Shown piece after piece: positions 40,946 to 53,674 of a stretch of DNA of 64,000 nucleotides. This DNA is from Octopus sinensis (taxonomy: Eukaryota). The stretch spans positions 13,764,001 to 13,828,000 of the forward strand of contig NC_043018.1 in NCBI RefSeq assembly GCF_006345805.1, written 5' to 3'. Position 1 is the first letter of the stretch; each line of letters opens with the position of its first letter. The notes beneath the pieces were generated by a model. It searched no databases. It was not told the origin of the DNA and saw only the letters and a list, made by a program, of their open reading frames with translations. The position numbers and the translations under genes were made by a program.

Positions 40946-42128
40946 TGTATGTATGTATGTATGTATGTATGTATTGTATGTATGTATGTATGTATGTATG
41001 TATGTATGCGTGTGTGTGTGTCTGTGTCCCCCCAGATATATGTATATCAATGAAAAATACATTTGTGTGTTTGCGTGTGTGTAAGAAAATTGGAAATAAC
41101 ATTTCCTTTTGCATCAAATTCTTTGCTGCAACATAGTTTGTTATTCTTTGAGACTTGGCAATCATCTTTTCCATTGCATATATTCTTCTCATTGCTTTTG
41201 GTGTTGTTGTTGCTGTGCTTGTCGCCCGTTGCTGCACTACTTATTTTAGTCACTATATCGATGATGTTCTTACTGTTCTAGTAATTGTTCCTGCCGTTCA
41301 GTCCCTTGTTTTTATTCTTAATGATAACGATGCTGTTGTTTGAAACCCTGGCCGACCAGGTATAGGCCCAAAGGCATTTTCATCCTAACTCCTGTTTTTT
41401 CTTCTTTTTAGTGTATTTGGGATGTTATTATGCAGTATGTCATTTATGGCGCTAAGGAACTCGAGATTTGAGGGAGATGTGACTCATACTATTTTTAGTA
41501 TGCCTCAAGACTTCATATTCTTTCTCAGACTGAAACTTTCGGATTTAGTATTTAGTACTGTTCTAACCATTTTACACAACAGGACTATTTTCCTGTGAGT
41601 TAATATTTACCCCGCCACTTAAACGTAACACTCTATACTGTGGTAGCTACCATGTGAGAAACTCTCATTTTAGCTTTTGATGCAAAATTCAATAATGATT
41701 ATATCGCTGTTGTGTCTTTCTTTCCCCTATTATGACAAATTAAGTATGATTAAATTACCGATCGACTTTTGAAACTAAGCAAGAGTTTGGCTTTACCACA
41801 TTAAAGATGAAAAATCATGTAAAAGATTTTAACTCAGACGTGCTTTAATTCGAAGAACCGGTTTTGTCTTCGCCAAATTAAACTTCGAGTCTCCGTATGA
41901 CATTTTCTTATTGATCGTTTCAGACACATATCCCAAGCGATTATCCAGAATTTTATTCCCATCTGTTTCGTTGCCAAGCCACGTCGTAATTCCAGCCCGT
42001 GATATTGGTGACTTAAACGCAACAAGAAGACATTCTTTGGCAGAATAACATGAAAGAATTTTACGCGTCAGTTTACATTGGAATCCTTCAACGTCAACGG
42101 TCGGACATGAATGTCAATTAGACTCACA

Positions 42129-42159
<31 letters not shown>

Positions 42160-42514
42160 GCGCACACACACACGTACGCAGACACACGCATATATACACA
42201 CGTATATGTATGTATCTATGTATGTATACATTCATATGTAAGTATACACACACACACACACACGCGCACACATACATATACACATACATATGTATACGTA
42301 TACACACATATGTATACATACATATACAAACACATTATATAGGTAGTTAGGGCAAACCCTAGCTGTTTCCTGTTGAAGCAAATCTGCTTATTCAATTATT
42401 ACAATACCTATTCATACTTATCGCTCATGTACCTCTTTGTAATTCCTATTAGCAAATGAAACACGTGTGATGGAGAGTAAGTCTTACCGAAAAATTTCCA
42501 TTTTCTTGTTTATC

Positions 42515-42723
42515 TTTTTTACTCTTTTACTTGTTTCAGTCATTTGACCACAGCCATGCTGGAGTACCGCCTTTAGTCGAGCAAATCGACCCCAGGACTT
42601 ATTCTTTGTAAGCCTAGTACTTATTCTATCGGTCTCTTTTTCCGAGCCGCTAAGTTATGGGGACGTAAACAAACCAGCATCGGTTGTCAAGCGATGCTGG
42701 GGGCGACAAACACAGACACGCAA

Positions 42724-42792
<69 letters not shown>

Positions 42793-42962
42793 CATATATA
42801 CATATATACGACGGGCTTCTTTCAGTTTCCGTCTACCAAATCCACTCACAAGGTTTGGTCGACCCGAGGCTATAGTAGAAGACACTTGACCAAGGTGCCA
42901 CGGAGTGGGACTGAACCCGGAACCATGTGGTTGATAAGCAAGCTACTTACCACACAGCCGCT
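42515..42962 (-). mobile_element. Full-length SINE family C with expanded (CA)n(TA)n middle
   Basis: Matches 44100-44506. Confidence 0.9.
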
Positions 42963-43280
42963 CATATATATATATATACATGTGTGTGTGTGTGTGTGTG
43001 TGTGACTTCTGAAATCGTGAGAGAATATAGATTTTTGAAGAGCCATTATGGAAATAGTTTCCCACCTCTCTGTTAAGTTTAGCAGATTTCGTATGAATTA
43101 CAATACTAGTGAAGAATATATATTAATGACTGAGGCAGTATTAATACCAAGAGGTAACACAACTCTTCTCTTAAACGTGGATGTTCTTTTAGAACAAACT
43201 ATACGGCAGTAGTTACCACGAGAGAAACTTTCATATTAACTTTTGGTGCAAAAAGGACTCTTGTTTATATTATTACTAGC

Positions 43281-43646
43281 GGGGAATAAATTCCGCGCCG
43301 CCTCCATGCTGCGACCACTAAATCGCATGACTTCGACCTACCTTGGCCTTTTCAATGATGGATACCCGACCAACAGAGATAGCAGAGATTCATTTCCTTG
43401 TCAGCAATATATAGAATATCATTCGCAGAGTAGGCGCTGGTGTCGAGATTAGCCAATGAAATTGTTGAAATATTATATATAACAGAGACAGTGTAACTAT
43501 ACATAACAGTGTCTGTTCTGCCACTGTTATTCTATATATCGCTAGCGGTGAGATGAATCGCTGCTATTTTTTAGCGGTCGAACGTCCATCATTATCAAGA
43601 CCAGAGAAGGTCGAAATCTCATGTAGGTGGCGGTATTTATTTCTCC
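43281..43646. mobile_element. Foldback-like element with long diverged inverted arms
   Basis: About 130-150 bp arms align as reverse complements (ttcgacct..aatgatgga..gatagcag.gattcat..atatatagaata). An arm-like sequence also occurs at about 31465-31547. Confidence 0.6.
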
Positions 43647-44099
43647 GAAAGCGATAAAAATAAGAGTGCATTTTGAACCAAAAGCCAATAAGAGAGTTTC
43701 TCTCATGGCAGTGAGAACAACAATATATCTAAATGAAAAGAAACTGAAAGCAACACAACCACCACATCACACCACACACTGGAAAGAGCAACACCACAGT
43801 TACAAAATGGCACCGAAACAAATACCCCGAGTACCACGAGAAGCGCAAAATTAATTTAATTGAAATGGTGAAAAACAACGACACTTGTAAAGAACAGTCG
43901 CAGACAGCAGCACTACAACCCAGAAGAAAGTAACAGCAACATCAGCAACAACCGAAGGAGGTATCTCTCGAATCCTTCAACAAGAAAAAACCAAAACAGA
44001 CATAGTTAATTGTGCAAATATACCCAATCGTCATTGCCAAAGACTTCGACTGCAAAATCTTGCCCTTTGAAGAAATCACTTCGAAAGAACCACCGGAAT

Positions 44100-44506
44100 T
44101 CTCTTTCTCTTTTACTTGTTTCAGTCATTTGACTGCGGCCATGCTGGAGCACCGCCTTTAATCGAGCAACTCGATCCCGGGACTTATTCTTTGTAAGCCC
44201 AGTACTTATTCTATCGGTCTCTTTTTGCCGAACCGCTAAGTGACGGGGACATAAACACACCAGCATCGGTTGTCAAGCAATGCTAGGGGGACAAACACAG
44301 ACACACAAACATACACAGACATGCATATATATATACATATATCCGACAGGCTTCTTTCAGTTTCCGTCTACCAAATCCACTAACAAGGCTTTGGTCGGCC
44401 CGAGGCTATAGCAGAAGACACTTGCTTAAGATGCCACGCAGTGGGACTGAACCCGGAACCATGTGGTTGGTAAGCAAGCTACTTACCACACAGCCACTCC
44501 TGCGCC
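44100..44506 (-). mobile_element. Full-length SINE family C (tRNA head, central TA/CA microsatellite, (TAAAAGAG)-type tail)
   Basis: ggcgcaggagtggctgtgtggtaag head, gggttcagtccc box B, ggcggtgctccagcatggccgcagtc tail. Confidence 0.9.
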
Positions 44507-44980
44507 TATGGTTACTTGTAAAGAGGAAGAAGAAAAGCTTCGCACCATACTATGAAAGAACAGCTAAGAGGGGGAAAGATGAATAGATTCAAGCGGACAG
44601 ACGTTCTCACCCTTAACACTCATACAACTACAAGCGTCTTCAGCATTGGGAACATCAACATTGCAAACATCACAACTACGTTCTGAGTTCAAATCTTACC
44701 GACACCCCATGTGCTTTACTTCCTTTTAGGGCTATAAAATAAGTACCAGTTGAGCACTGGGGCTGATGTAATCAGCATACTCTCTTCCTCGAAATTGCTG
44801 GCATTGTGCCAAAGTTAGAAACCAATATTTATGTAAGGCAAGAAGCTGGCGGAATCATTATCATACTGGATAAAGTGCTTAGTGACATTTCGTCCGTCGT
44901 TCAAATTGCGCCATAAAATAAGTACGAGTTGAGCAGTAAACAACCGCGAGTTAAATGTGTTTGTTGTGATGACAGCAAAG

Positions 44981-45507
44981 TACCGTAAATCCTCGAGTAT
45001 AGTCCGCCCTTGAGTATAATATGCAGGGGATTTTTAGGGAGGCTGTACCTCTGAAAATCCTAAACCTTGTGTATAATACGCACCCCTTCTCTAACTTGAG
45101 TCGTGCGTAATTAAGCCAGTAGCACCTAGTCGAACAAACACTCCCGCGCATGCGTAATACAATAATGGTGATGTTCTTAACTGTTATATGGGAATGTAAA
45201 TATGTTTGCAAATTGTCTTTGTTACATGTTATTCTATGTTCTGAATACTTTTATTTTAATAAATGTTGCTTACTGCAAGTTATGGATGTTTTTTTTATGA
45301 CTTCATTGCTTTCAGGCTTAGCTTAAGGTATTTTCGCGTCCGACATCACAAAATGCGTCTGAATAAACATTGTCGGACAGCAAATAGAGACTCGGATATT
45401 GCTTATAAATTATTTTTCATTTTTAACCTCGTGTATAGTACGCACTAGGGATTTTGACCTTTAAATTTTGTGCAAAAAATGCGGATTATACTCGAGGATT
45501 TACGGTA
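44981..45507. mobile_element. TA-flanked MITE (Tc1/mariner-pogo-like)
   Basis: TIR taccgtaaatcctcgagtata(g/a)tccgc, 27 bp including TA, one mismatch. Confidence 0.9.
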
Positions 45508-46044
45508 ACTGTTATTGCCGTTGTTGTTAAGATCCAAGTTTCTTCTGACTTAACCAAGGGGTCTCTGCTGTAAGCATCCAATCTTTGTGTAAACGACTTG
45601 AGAAAAATCAATGCATTTAATAGACTTTAACAAGCTGTAATCTCCAATTAATATATTTGCTGCGAGAAATAAATTGTAAATGAGAGCGAATGAGCTTATG
45701 ACATGCGCAGAGACACAAAGTATTGGAAAGGTACGTGGTCTGCTTCATTTGCATCTCAAATCTTGTCATAAATTGTTGGCCTCCATATTGATGATAAATT
45801 TATGTTTCACGACTTCGAGTGTGCAATAGAGGACAACTAAATAAATTGATAACGTTTCTAGCAAGTTCTTTCCTGCTGAGCCTAGGTGCAACATTATGAG
45901 AGTTATTACGATACCTTTTAATAAAGGTAGCTGGCGTATTTTCTCCCTAGATTGTAAAATTAGTGAGTGAAGCATGCTGCCTGTAAAACAATTGTGTTAC
46001 TTTATATGCACGCCGAAGGGTACACAAGTATATGACTGTCTACC

Positions 46045-46085
<41 letters not shown>

Positions 46086-46317
46086 AAATAAGGATAATAT
46101 CGATATTTAAATATCGATACTATCAAGTGGCCAGCATTGGAAAAATACCATACAAAGCTAATAATTTTTTACAATTAAAATTAAGGGTGTCTGAGAGACA
46201 CCACCATGCCGAAATAGCAGTCAAATCCCTGACTCTAAAACCACGTTAAATGTTCATATTGCACCATGAGATAAGACAGAGGGACAGAATAGACTAGCAA
46301 AAAGATATTACTGAATA

Positions 46318-46376
46318 ATTCAAGATCCTGGATTTCTAGCTTTGCTTCAAATAAGCTTTGCCGTCATCAGTTGAAT
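46318..46376 (-). ncRNA. Type-I hammerhead ribozyme motif (Penelope-type, palindromic helix III)
   Basis: AUUCAA-CUGAUGA-C-GGC-AAA-GCUU-AUUUG-AAGC-AAA-GCU-A-GAA-AUCC-A-GGAU-C^UUGAAU: 6-bp helix I, intact core, two-part helix II, AUC cleavage triplet. Confidence 0.7.
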
Positions 46377-46689
46377 ATATCAGTTAAATAATATATATGT
46401 GTGTGTGTGTGTGTGTATACATGCGCACGGGCGTGTATAATAAGATCGTAATATATAGACTCTTGCTTAAGTTGTCGCAACCGTAATGTTTCCCAAGTTG
46501 TGCAAGGAATCTTTGTCTTAACATCAGCTTTGGTGGATTGTTACTTCCATGTTATGTAACTTTGCCGCAATAACATCAATCTAGTCGAGTGTCCTTTCTA
46601 CTCGCTTGGGATGCGGAAATCTCCGTAATGCAACATCTCTTACAGTATATTTTTTCAAAACGATACCAATATCCACCAAGTCCTACTCT

Positions 46690-46935
46690 GCATTGAATAA
46701 CCCAGGAAAATTCCTACACTAGCCCCAATTTCTGACCGCCTAACCCCCCGCTTCCAACTGTAATACCATAATTTACCATCTTTGGGACACGGTTGAGAAG
46801 GATTTGAAGCGCTCTACATGCAACAAGGAGTTGTTCGAAGATCTTCCGAAGAACACAGAAAAGAACGCACGTACCTGGTCCTCGAGCCATTTTGTTGCCG
46901 TGGTGGAAGCTGAGGATTTATATTTTGATTAAACT
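46690..46935 (+). mobile_element. Tc1/mariner (maT/rosa-like) transposase C-terminal fragment
   Basis: PPASNCNTIIYHLWDTVEKD..FEDLPKNT..VAVVEAEDLYFD* resembles PPNSPDxNPxDYxVW..EAVVEAEGGYFE. Confidence 0.65.
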
Positions 46936-47084
46936 GTTATTTGCCAGCCATTATGTAGTTGATATATTTTGATTTATCTTTAAAAAAATATTATGCTTTT
47001 ATTTCCTTTTATGCAAATTTCCAAATTTATCCCGAACACTTTGTATTTGCAATAATTCTAAAAATATCATGCTTTCTTATTTTA

Positions 47085-47308
47085 ATTATTACCCACAAGG
47101 GGCTAAGCACAGAGGGGACAAATAAGGACAGACAAAGGGATTAAACTGATTACATCGACTCCAGTGCGTAACAGGCACTTAATTTATCGACCCCGAAAGG
47201 ATGAAAGGCAAGTCGACCTCGGCGGAATTTGAACTCAGAACGCAGCGGCGGACGAAATACCACAAAGCATTTCGCCCGGTGTGCTAACGTTTCTGCCAGC
47301 TCGCCGCC
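47085..47308 (-). mobile_element. SINE family B monomer
   Basis: Reverse complement of the ggcggcgagctggcagaaacgttagc head and gagttcaaattccgccgaggtcgac body. Confidence 0.9.
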
Positions 47309-47399
47309 TTTTCTGTACGCATAAAGGCCATACTTACACACTTATGAGTTAGAGATAGACACACACAAATAATTACCTAGGCATATGTTTTCCGCACAT

Positions 47400-47607
47400 A
47401 TCGTGGTCTGCAGCAACAGCAGCAGCAGCCGCAGGAGGAGCAGCAGAAGAAGCACCTTAGCCATGATTAACAGAACACCGTCATCAACACCACTAGCCTC
47501 ACCGGACATCTCAGTTTTACAATTTTCATCATCATCATCATCAGCAGAATCCTCAGCATCATCATCACCATTATCAGCAGCTGCTGCTTAACAACTAATC
47601 GTCATCG

Positions 47608-47643
<36 letters not shown>

Positions 47644-47656
47644 ACACCACAATCAC

Positions 47657-47690
<34 letters not shown>

Positions 47691-47746
47691 GTCATCGTCA
47701 TCGTCATCATCATCATCATCATCATCATCATCAACACCACCATCAC

Positions 47747-47777
<31 letters not shown>

Positions 47778-47990
47778 GTCATCGTCATCGTCATCATCAT
47801 CATCATCATCATCAGAAAGAGCAGCATTGATACAACCACAAGCAATAATACCACAGCATAATTAGCACTAACACCATCATAACAATCATCATCACCATCA
47901 TCATCATTAACTTCAAACATCATCTTCAACATCAACAGCATCAAACTCATCATTCTCATCATCATCATCATCAACTTCATAACAATCAGT
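47400..47990. repeat. (CAT/CAG/CAC)n compound microsatellite with an internal higher-order duplication
   Basis: The block atcgtcatcgtc(atc)n-aacaccac-atcacc(atc)n occurs twice, at about 47598-47815. Confidence 0.9.
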
Positions 47991-48451
47991 AAAGAATCGT
48001 CTAAAACGCTGTGAAAGGCCTGACGTAACACCTACTGCGCTGATGGAAACCAAACAGGTATTCCATTATCTTTCCATAGGATGAAACTTTATATCCTCAT
48101 GTTCGAAATGAAAAGAAAAAGCATCACTCAAAAGCATGTGACCTGCTGAAATCTCCATTTAAAAGATATACGTAAATACGTCCAGGCGTAGGAAGGAAAG
48201 TATTTCTGCACACACATTGACAGATAAAACCAAACATATACACCACGTATATATTCATATGCATTGATGAATATTGCATTCATATACACACGCAGACAGA
48301 CAGACAGACACGCACACACACACACATATAGGCATATGTACCTAAATGTGTATGCATATATATATATTGAGAATTTACAAAAAAATAAGATGAAGACGTG
48401 GGTGTAAACAATAAGCAGATGTATAAGTTTAACGCTCGGGAAATGAGTAAG

Positions 48452-48486
48452 TTTTTACGTTTCGAGCCTACGCTCTTCGACAGAAA
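48452..48486 (-). ncRNA. Minimal hammerhead variant (core CUGUCGA)
   Basis: UUU-CUGUCGA-A-GAGC-GUAG-GCUC-GAAA-CGUA^AAAA: perfect helix II, A6 to U core change. Confidence 0.5.
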
Positions 48487-48526
48487 GGAGCACAGAAATT
48501 ATATAAATATATATATTATATATATA

Positions 48527-48623
<97 letters not shown>

Positions 48624-49914
48624 TATATATATATATAAAATTTAATAAAAGAAAACGTAGAAGAAAAATATAATAGATCCTTGGTTTATTTTATTTGTAC
48701 CACGATGGAAAAGTAATGCAAATAAAATATAATAAAAGAGAGATATCTATAAGAATAAGTATAAAAGGAACAGGATCAGCAAAACAATAAAAAAATATCC
48801 GAAAAAATCCTACACATGTTTCAATCCGACAGTATGTTTGACTCATCAACATCCGAAGTATTTTAGGTGGAATAAACCATATACTGCTGGGTATTTTCAG
48901 GGAAAAGTAAGTATATTTTGCGGTCTTGAATTACGAAATAACTTAAGGCTTTGTTTAGAAATTTTCAAATGTAAACAAGTTATTAGGACGCGGAGTTGAT
49001 GTGATTAGAAATTGATCGTTTAAAGTTAGCTAAGATTGAACGAGGAAATGATGCTGAAACATCAAATGCATTTGAAAAATATATTTATAGTTATATTTAT
49101 AATATATCTATAAAAGTGTATGGCAAGAAGATGGGAGAAAGGCAAATGTAACTTATCATGAGGGGGTGTAATATACAAAGAATCAGATTGAGAGATTTTA
49201 ATAAAGGGATGAAAAGTTTGTTTATATCTTACTACGATAATATGTTTTTGAAGTGCTACAGAGAAATATTATGATATTTGCATTATTTAGGATTAAATGG
49301 GTTAGGATATAATTTCCGGTGTTCTAAGAAAAAAAGATTAGGTATGTAAAAAATATGAGGAACATATAAAACAAATCAATATTTTACTCACTTAGGAGAT
49401 GCAAGAGTAATTAGAAACCAATGTTACAGTATTATTTCCCTAGGTCAAAATGTGAGTAACTAGTAATCTCCCTTTGTTCCTATGGTTAAACATGTCAGTT
49501 TTTTTAAAATATATAATAATGCAAAAATATCGTGTGATTTACTAGAGAAATATGTCTATAAGTTTTAGGGATAATACGAATATAAATAAGTACGTGTAGC
49601 TTTAAGTTTCATATTTTTATGTATTGAAATATATTAAAAGTATCAACAGTCATTGATGTTGAATTATAAGATTTTATAAAATAAAAGATAAAATGTTCAA
49701 TTTACAGCATTTATGTAAAAATAGAGGTTGTGTTAAAAAATTATAAATTTGTGGTTTGTTTAATGGTAATTATATGTATATTCCATTTAACAATGAGATA
49801 GGTTAGGGTTTATAGATTGATAGTAAGGGTTAAGGTAAATTATTGAATGTTATAATTAGAAGATGAAGAGATCAATAGATTAATTTTATACTTATATATT
49901 GGTATCATTGAACA

Positions 49915-51140
49915 CCTAAACTGTGATGGTTCCTTCTCCTTGCTTGACTTTCGGCTAAACATCACACGCGAGGGAAAAATTGACACGGTGTTCAACAGAA
50001 AAAAATCATCTTGCCAGGACCTATTCGTAGAGTCATATGGCCTAGTGATTAGAGCAGCGTACTCACAGTCAAAGAATCGCAGGTTCGAATCTCAGACTGG
50101 TTGATGTGTGTGTTTATGAGCAAAACACCTAAGATCCACGCGACTCCGGCAGACGGTAATGGCGAATTTACACCGACTCTTTCGTCATAACTTTCACTCT
50201 TTCCTCCTGCATCTAGCAGCTCACCTGCGTCGGAACAGGGTCCCGTCCAGGTGGGGAACCTATATGCCAATGAAACCGGGATATTGGCCCTTATGAGCCA
50301 GGCATGGCTTGGGAAAGAACAAACAACATAACCTATTCATCAACTATATGTCGGCCTCCTTATCACGGCTAAGATCAACTACACACGTAACGAGATGGCC
50401 TGGATAAACAATAAGATTCAGTGGCAGCCCCAGCCGGGGCACACGTGATACTCAGTCACAAAAGGTACTTGAATCTAACGGATACTCAACGTCCGTTACA
50501 AAGGCCATACGACCAGATAATCGTCGCAAGAGGGATCTATCCAAAACCTGCTTGTTGACGATTCGCCATTTCAATGAGAAGACCACCTCCACCATTTACA
50601 AGTATATCCGCAGAGAAGGACTCAACATTCTACTTGCACATTCAGGACCGTTGCCACGTAACTACTATCAACGAGGTGGTCACATGTAGAACAGCCTTAA
50701 TCACTAACGAACAGCCCCATTCGCGACACTAGCATGTACTCATGTATTTGCGTAGTATACCAGATACGATGCTTCAAATGTAACAACTACTACATCGGTA
50801 GCGCAATACGAACTAAGGAGCATCTCACTATCAACGTGTCTTTCTTCAGCAAATATCTAATCAGATGCGTCATCACCAGCACGGAGATGGACTCCTCCAT
50901 ACTGGCCTCGGACAGGAACACAGGTAATCTATATATAAAAGAAGCTCTATTGATCCACCGCCTCAACCCGAAAGTTAACAGTCGATCGGATTTGAGCCCA
51001 TGACTCTTATGAAAACATCACGGCAACTGCGACCGACGCCATAATATACACCGCCGCCACCACACCACCACCTTGTGAACTTACCTCTCAACAACCAATG
51101 GTCTGAAGGTTGCTTTTCCAACAGCCGACAACCTGCTGCT
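49915..51140 (+). mobile_element. Penelope-like element relic (RT C-terminus plus GIY-YIG endonuclease)
   Basis: DGSFSLLDFRL..GKIDTVFNRK at about 49924. ORF 50734-51003 reads VVYQIRCFKCNNYYIGSAIRTKEH..LYIKEALLIHRLNPKVN. A decayed CTGAAG..CCGACAAC hammerhead-like remnant lies near 51100-51135. Confidence 0.8.
50029..50330 (+). mobile_element. tRNA-head SINE, core A with tail T2, inserted in the Penelope relic
   Basis: TSD acctattc(g/a)t at 50019-50028 and 50331-50340. Tail cccgtccag..gaaaccgg..atgagcc. Confidence 0.8.
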
Positions 51141-51150
51141 TCGTCACATC

Positions 51151-51380
51151 CTTCAACATTTGGTGAGTTGTGAGTTGTCTACACCAACATTTGGACATTT
51201 GTTCACACCAATGCATGGAGAGTTGGTTACACCAACATTTGGAGAATGACTGCTACTGCAGCCTACATAAGCGCCGCCACGCCACCCAACAGATGGCGAG
51301 TTGCCTACAGTAACTGCTGGATGTTAGTTTACACCAACGCTTGGGCAATTGATTACACCAACGTTTGGAGAGTGACTGCT
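51151..51380 (+). repeat. Degenerate 24-bp tandem repeat (tacaccaacNNNtggagagtt..)
   Basis: Units at 51180, 51204, 51228, 51282, 51306, 51330 and 51354, plus a decayed unit near 51151. Confidence 0.8.
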
Positions 51381-51806
51381 GCTGCTAACATAACGCTGAG
51401 GAGTTTCAATAGGGCAACGGAACCTGTGCAACTAGACATTTCCCAGACTGCTTCTCTTGTGAGGATAGGCCTTTGAGACTGAAATATAAAGGTTTCCGGA
51501 AACTTTCTGCATTGTAAGAAGCTTTCACATTTTCTCTTCCCTTTCCCTTCTTCGATACTACAATGCTTCAAGCGAACTACAACGCTATATATTAATATTT
51601 AGCAGAAGCAAAAGGAGTGACTCAAAGATCGAGAGTTTCGCGCCTTAGCGCTTATCAAACTTAACAAACACTTGACCCATGAGTCTCTCTATTGCTTCCA
51701 TTAAATATCAATATATATATATATATATATAGTTAATCCAAACATGAAAACACAAAGAGAAAACACAACAACGCGAGGACGTGGAACAAATATAGCATTA
51801 TTATAC

Positions 51807-51841
<35 letters not shown>

Positions 51842-51843
51842 CG

Positions 51844-51875
<32 letters not shown>

Positions 51876-52494
51876 GAGAGATGGGTAGGTAGACAGATAT
51901 ATGCATAGATACATAACTACAGATATATTGTAAGCATGTATATCTAGGTACATGTATATATCTATATACACAAGTATCTTTATCCATACGATTATATATT
52001 TTAGAATGACTATATGTGCACGTGTGTGTGTGTGTGTGAGTGTGTATGTGTATGTGTGCGTGTGGTTATTTGGGCAAATGATATGCATTTCAGTTCGTAG
52101 TATTATGTACGCGGGATAATTATTTACTCGATCGCATCGCAGTTATTATATCTTTGACAGAAAGGTATCAATCCGAAAGCAATATGAAGAGACTTCAGAA
52201 ATATCTAATTATTCAAACATCTCTGAAATATGAGCCTTATCTCATTTTCTCTTTATCTTGACACGCCACACACGTTTGTAAAAGCATACACTCGTCTATC
52301 ATGAATATACTTAAACACTCACATACACACCAATTCAGATATACATTAACACATACACACACACACACACGCGCACACATATATAGGCTTATATATGTGT
52401 TTACTTGCGTGTGTGTGTGTGTGGCATCTTTCTGAGGACAGATGTGTGTGCTTGTGTATGACTGTATATTTTGCGCATACATAAATATACATAT

Positions 52495-52519
52495 CTATGT
52501 ATGTATGTATGTATGTATG

Positions 52520-52590
<71 letters not shown>

Positions 52591-52627
52591 GTATCTATGT
52601 ATCTATCTATGTATCTATCTATCTATG

Positions 52628-52682
<55 letters not shown>

Positions 52683-52743
52683 GTATCTATCTATGTATCT
52701 ATCTATGTATCTATCTATCTATCTATGTATCTATCTATCTATG

Positions 52744-52826
<83 letters not shown>
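52495..52826. repeat. (GTAT/CTAT)n plus (AT)n tract, representative of dozens of di-/tetranucleotide repeats in the window
   Basis: Direct reading. Confidence 0.95.
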
Positions 52827-52832
<6 letters not shown>

Positions 52833-53287
52833 GTAATGCAAATACAAAAACGCCCATAGACACAACAAAAATATATAAGGACACTTATGACTGTATATAT
52901 ATATATCTATAAGTGTATATATATATATATATAGTGAAGATTAGAGTAGTTGTTATATTTATTCCATGGTTAACAAGTGTTTCAACAAAGGGCGGGTGAC
53001 AAATCAATCAACATCTATATAGACATGGAAAAGAACAAGATTATAGTGTTGCCCGCTCTGTAATGTATATTACTTAATAGACTCCACCCCCGCCACAGCC
53101 ATTTCATCATAACCGAGCGAACAAATGTAATAGGAAAATAAATTAACAATTTAGGTATTACTCGTCGTTAATAGAAAAAAGTCAGAACTGGATTTAAGTT
53201 CGAGCGATCAAATGAAGGATTACAAAAAGCGAGTAATTTGACAGGTTAGTTGTATTTTGTTTTTTCATATTATCATTAGATAGGTTC

Positions 53288-53674
53288 TGTGGAGGCGCAA
53301 TGGCCCAGTGGTTAGGGCAGCGGACTCGCGGTCATAGGATCGCGGTTTCGATTCCCAGACCGGGCGTTGTGAGTGTTTATTGAGCGAAAACACCTAAAAG
53401 CTCCACGAGGCTCCGGCAGGGGATGGTGGTGATCCCTGCTGTACTATTTCACCAGAACTTTCTTTCACTCTTACTTCCTGTTTCTGTTGTACCTGTATTT
53501 CAAAGGGCCGGCCTTGTCACTCTCTGTGTCACGCTGAATATCCCCGAGAACTACGTTAAGGGTGCACGTGTCTGTGGAGTGCTCAGCCACTTACACGTTA
53601 ATTTCACGAGCATGCTGTTCCGTTGATTTGGATTAACCGGAACCCTCATCGTCGTCACCGACGGAGTGCTTCCA
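53288..53674 (+). mobile_element. Full-length tRNA-head SINE, core A with tail T1
   Basis: tgtggaggcgcaatggcccagtggttaggg head with A and B boxes; matches 3387-3769. Confidence 0.9.

Noticed and set aside
48805-48850. TTGATGAGTC..GAAACATGTGTA on the minus strand
   Set aside because: C3 is lost and there is no helix I. At best it is a dead remnant.
49795-49840. ggttagggtt / gggttaagg telomere-like words
   Set aside because: Only isolated single units in an AT-rich, probably TE-derived tract.
51151-51380. CRISPR-like short palindromic repeats
   Set aside because: The 24-bp period leaves no unique spacers, there are no cas genes, and the context is eukaryotic.
53288-53365. tRNA-like cloverleaf (also at other SINE heads)
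   Set aside because: There is no proper acceptor stem or terminator, and it continues into a multi-copy SINE body.
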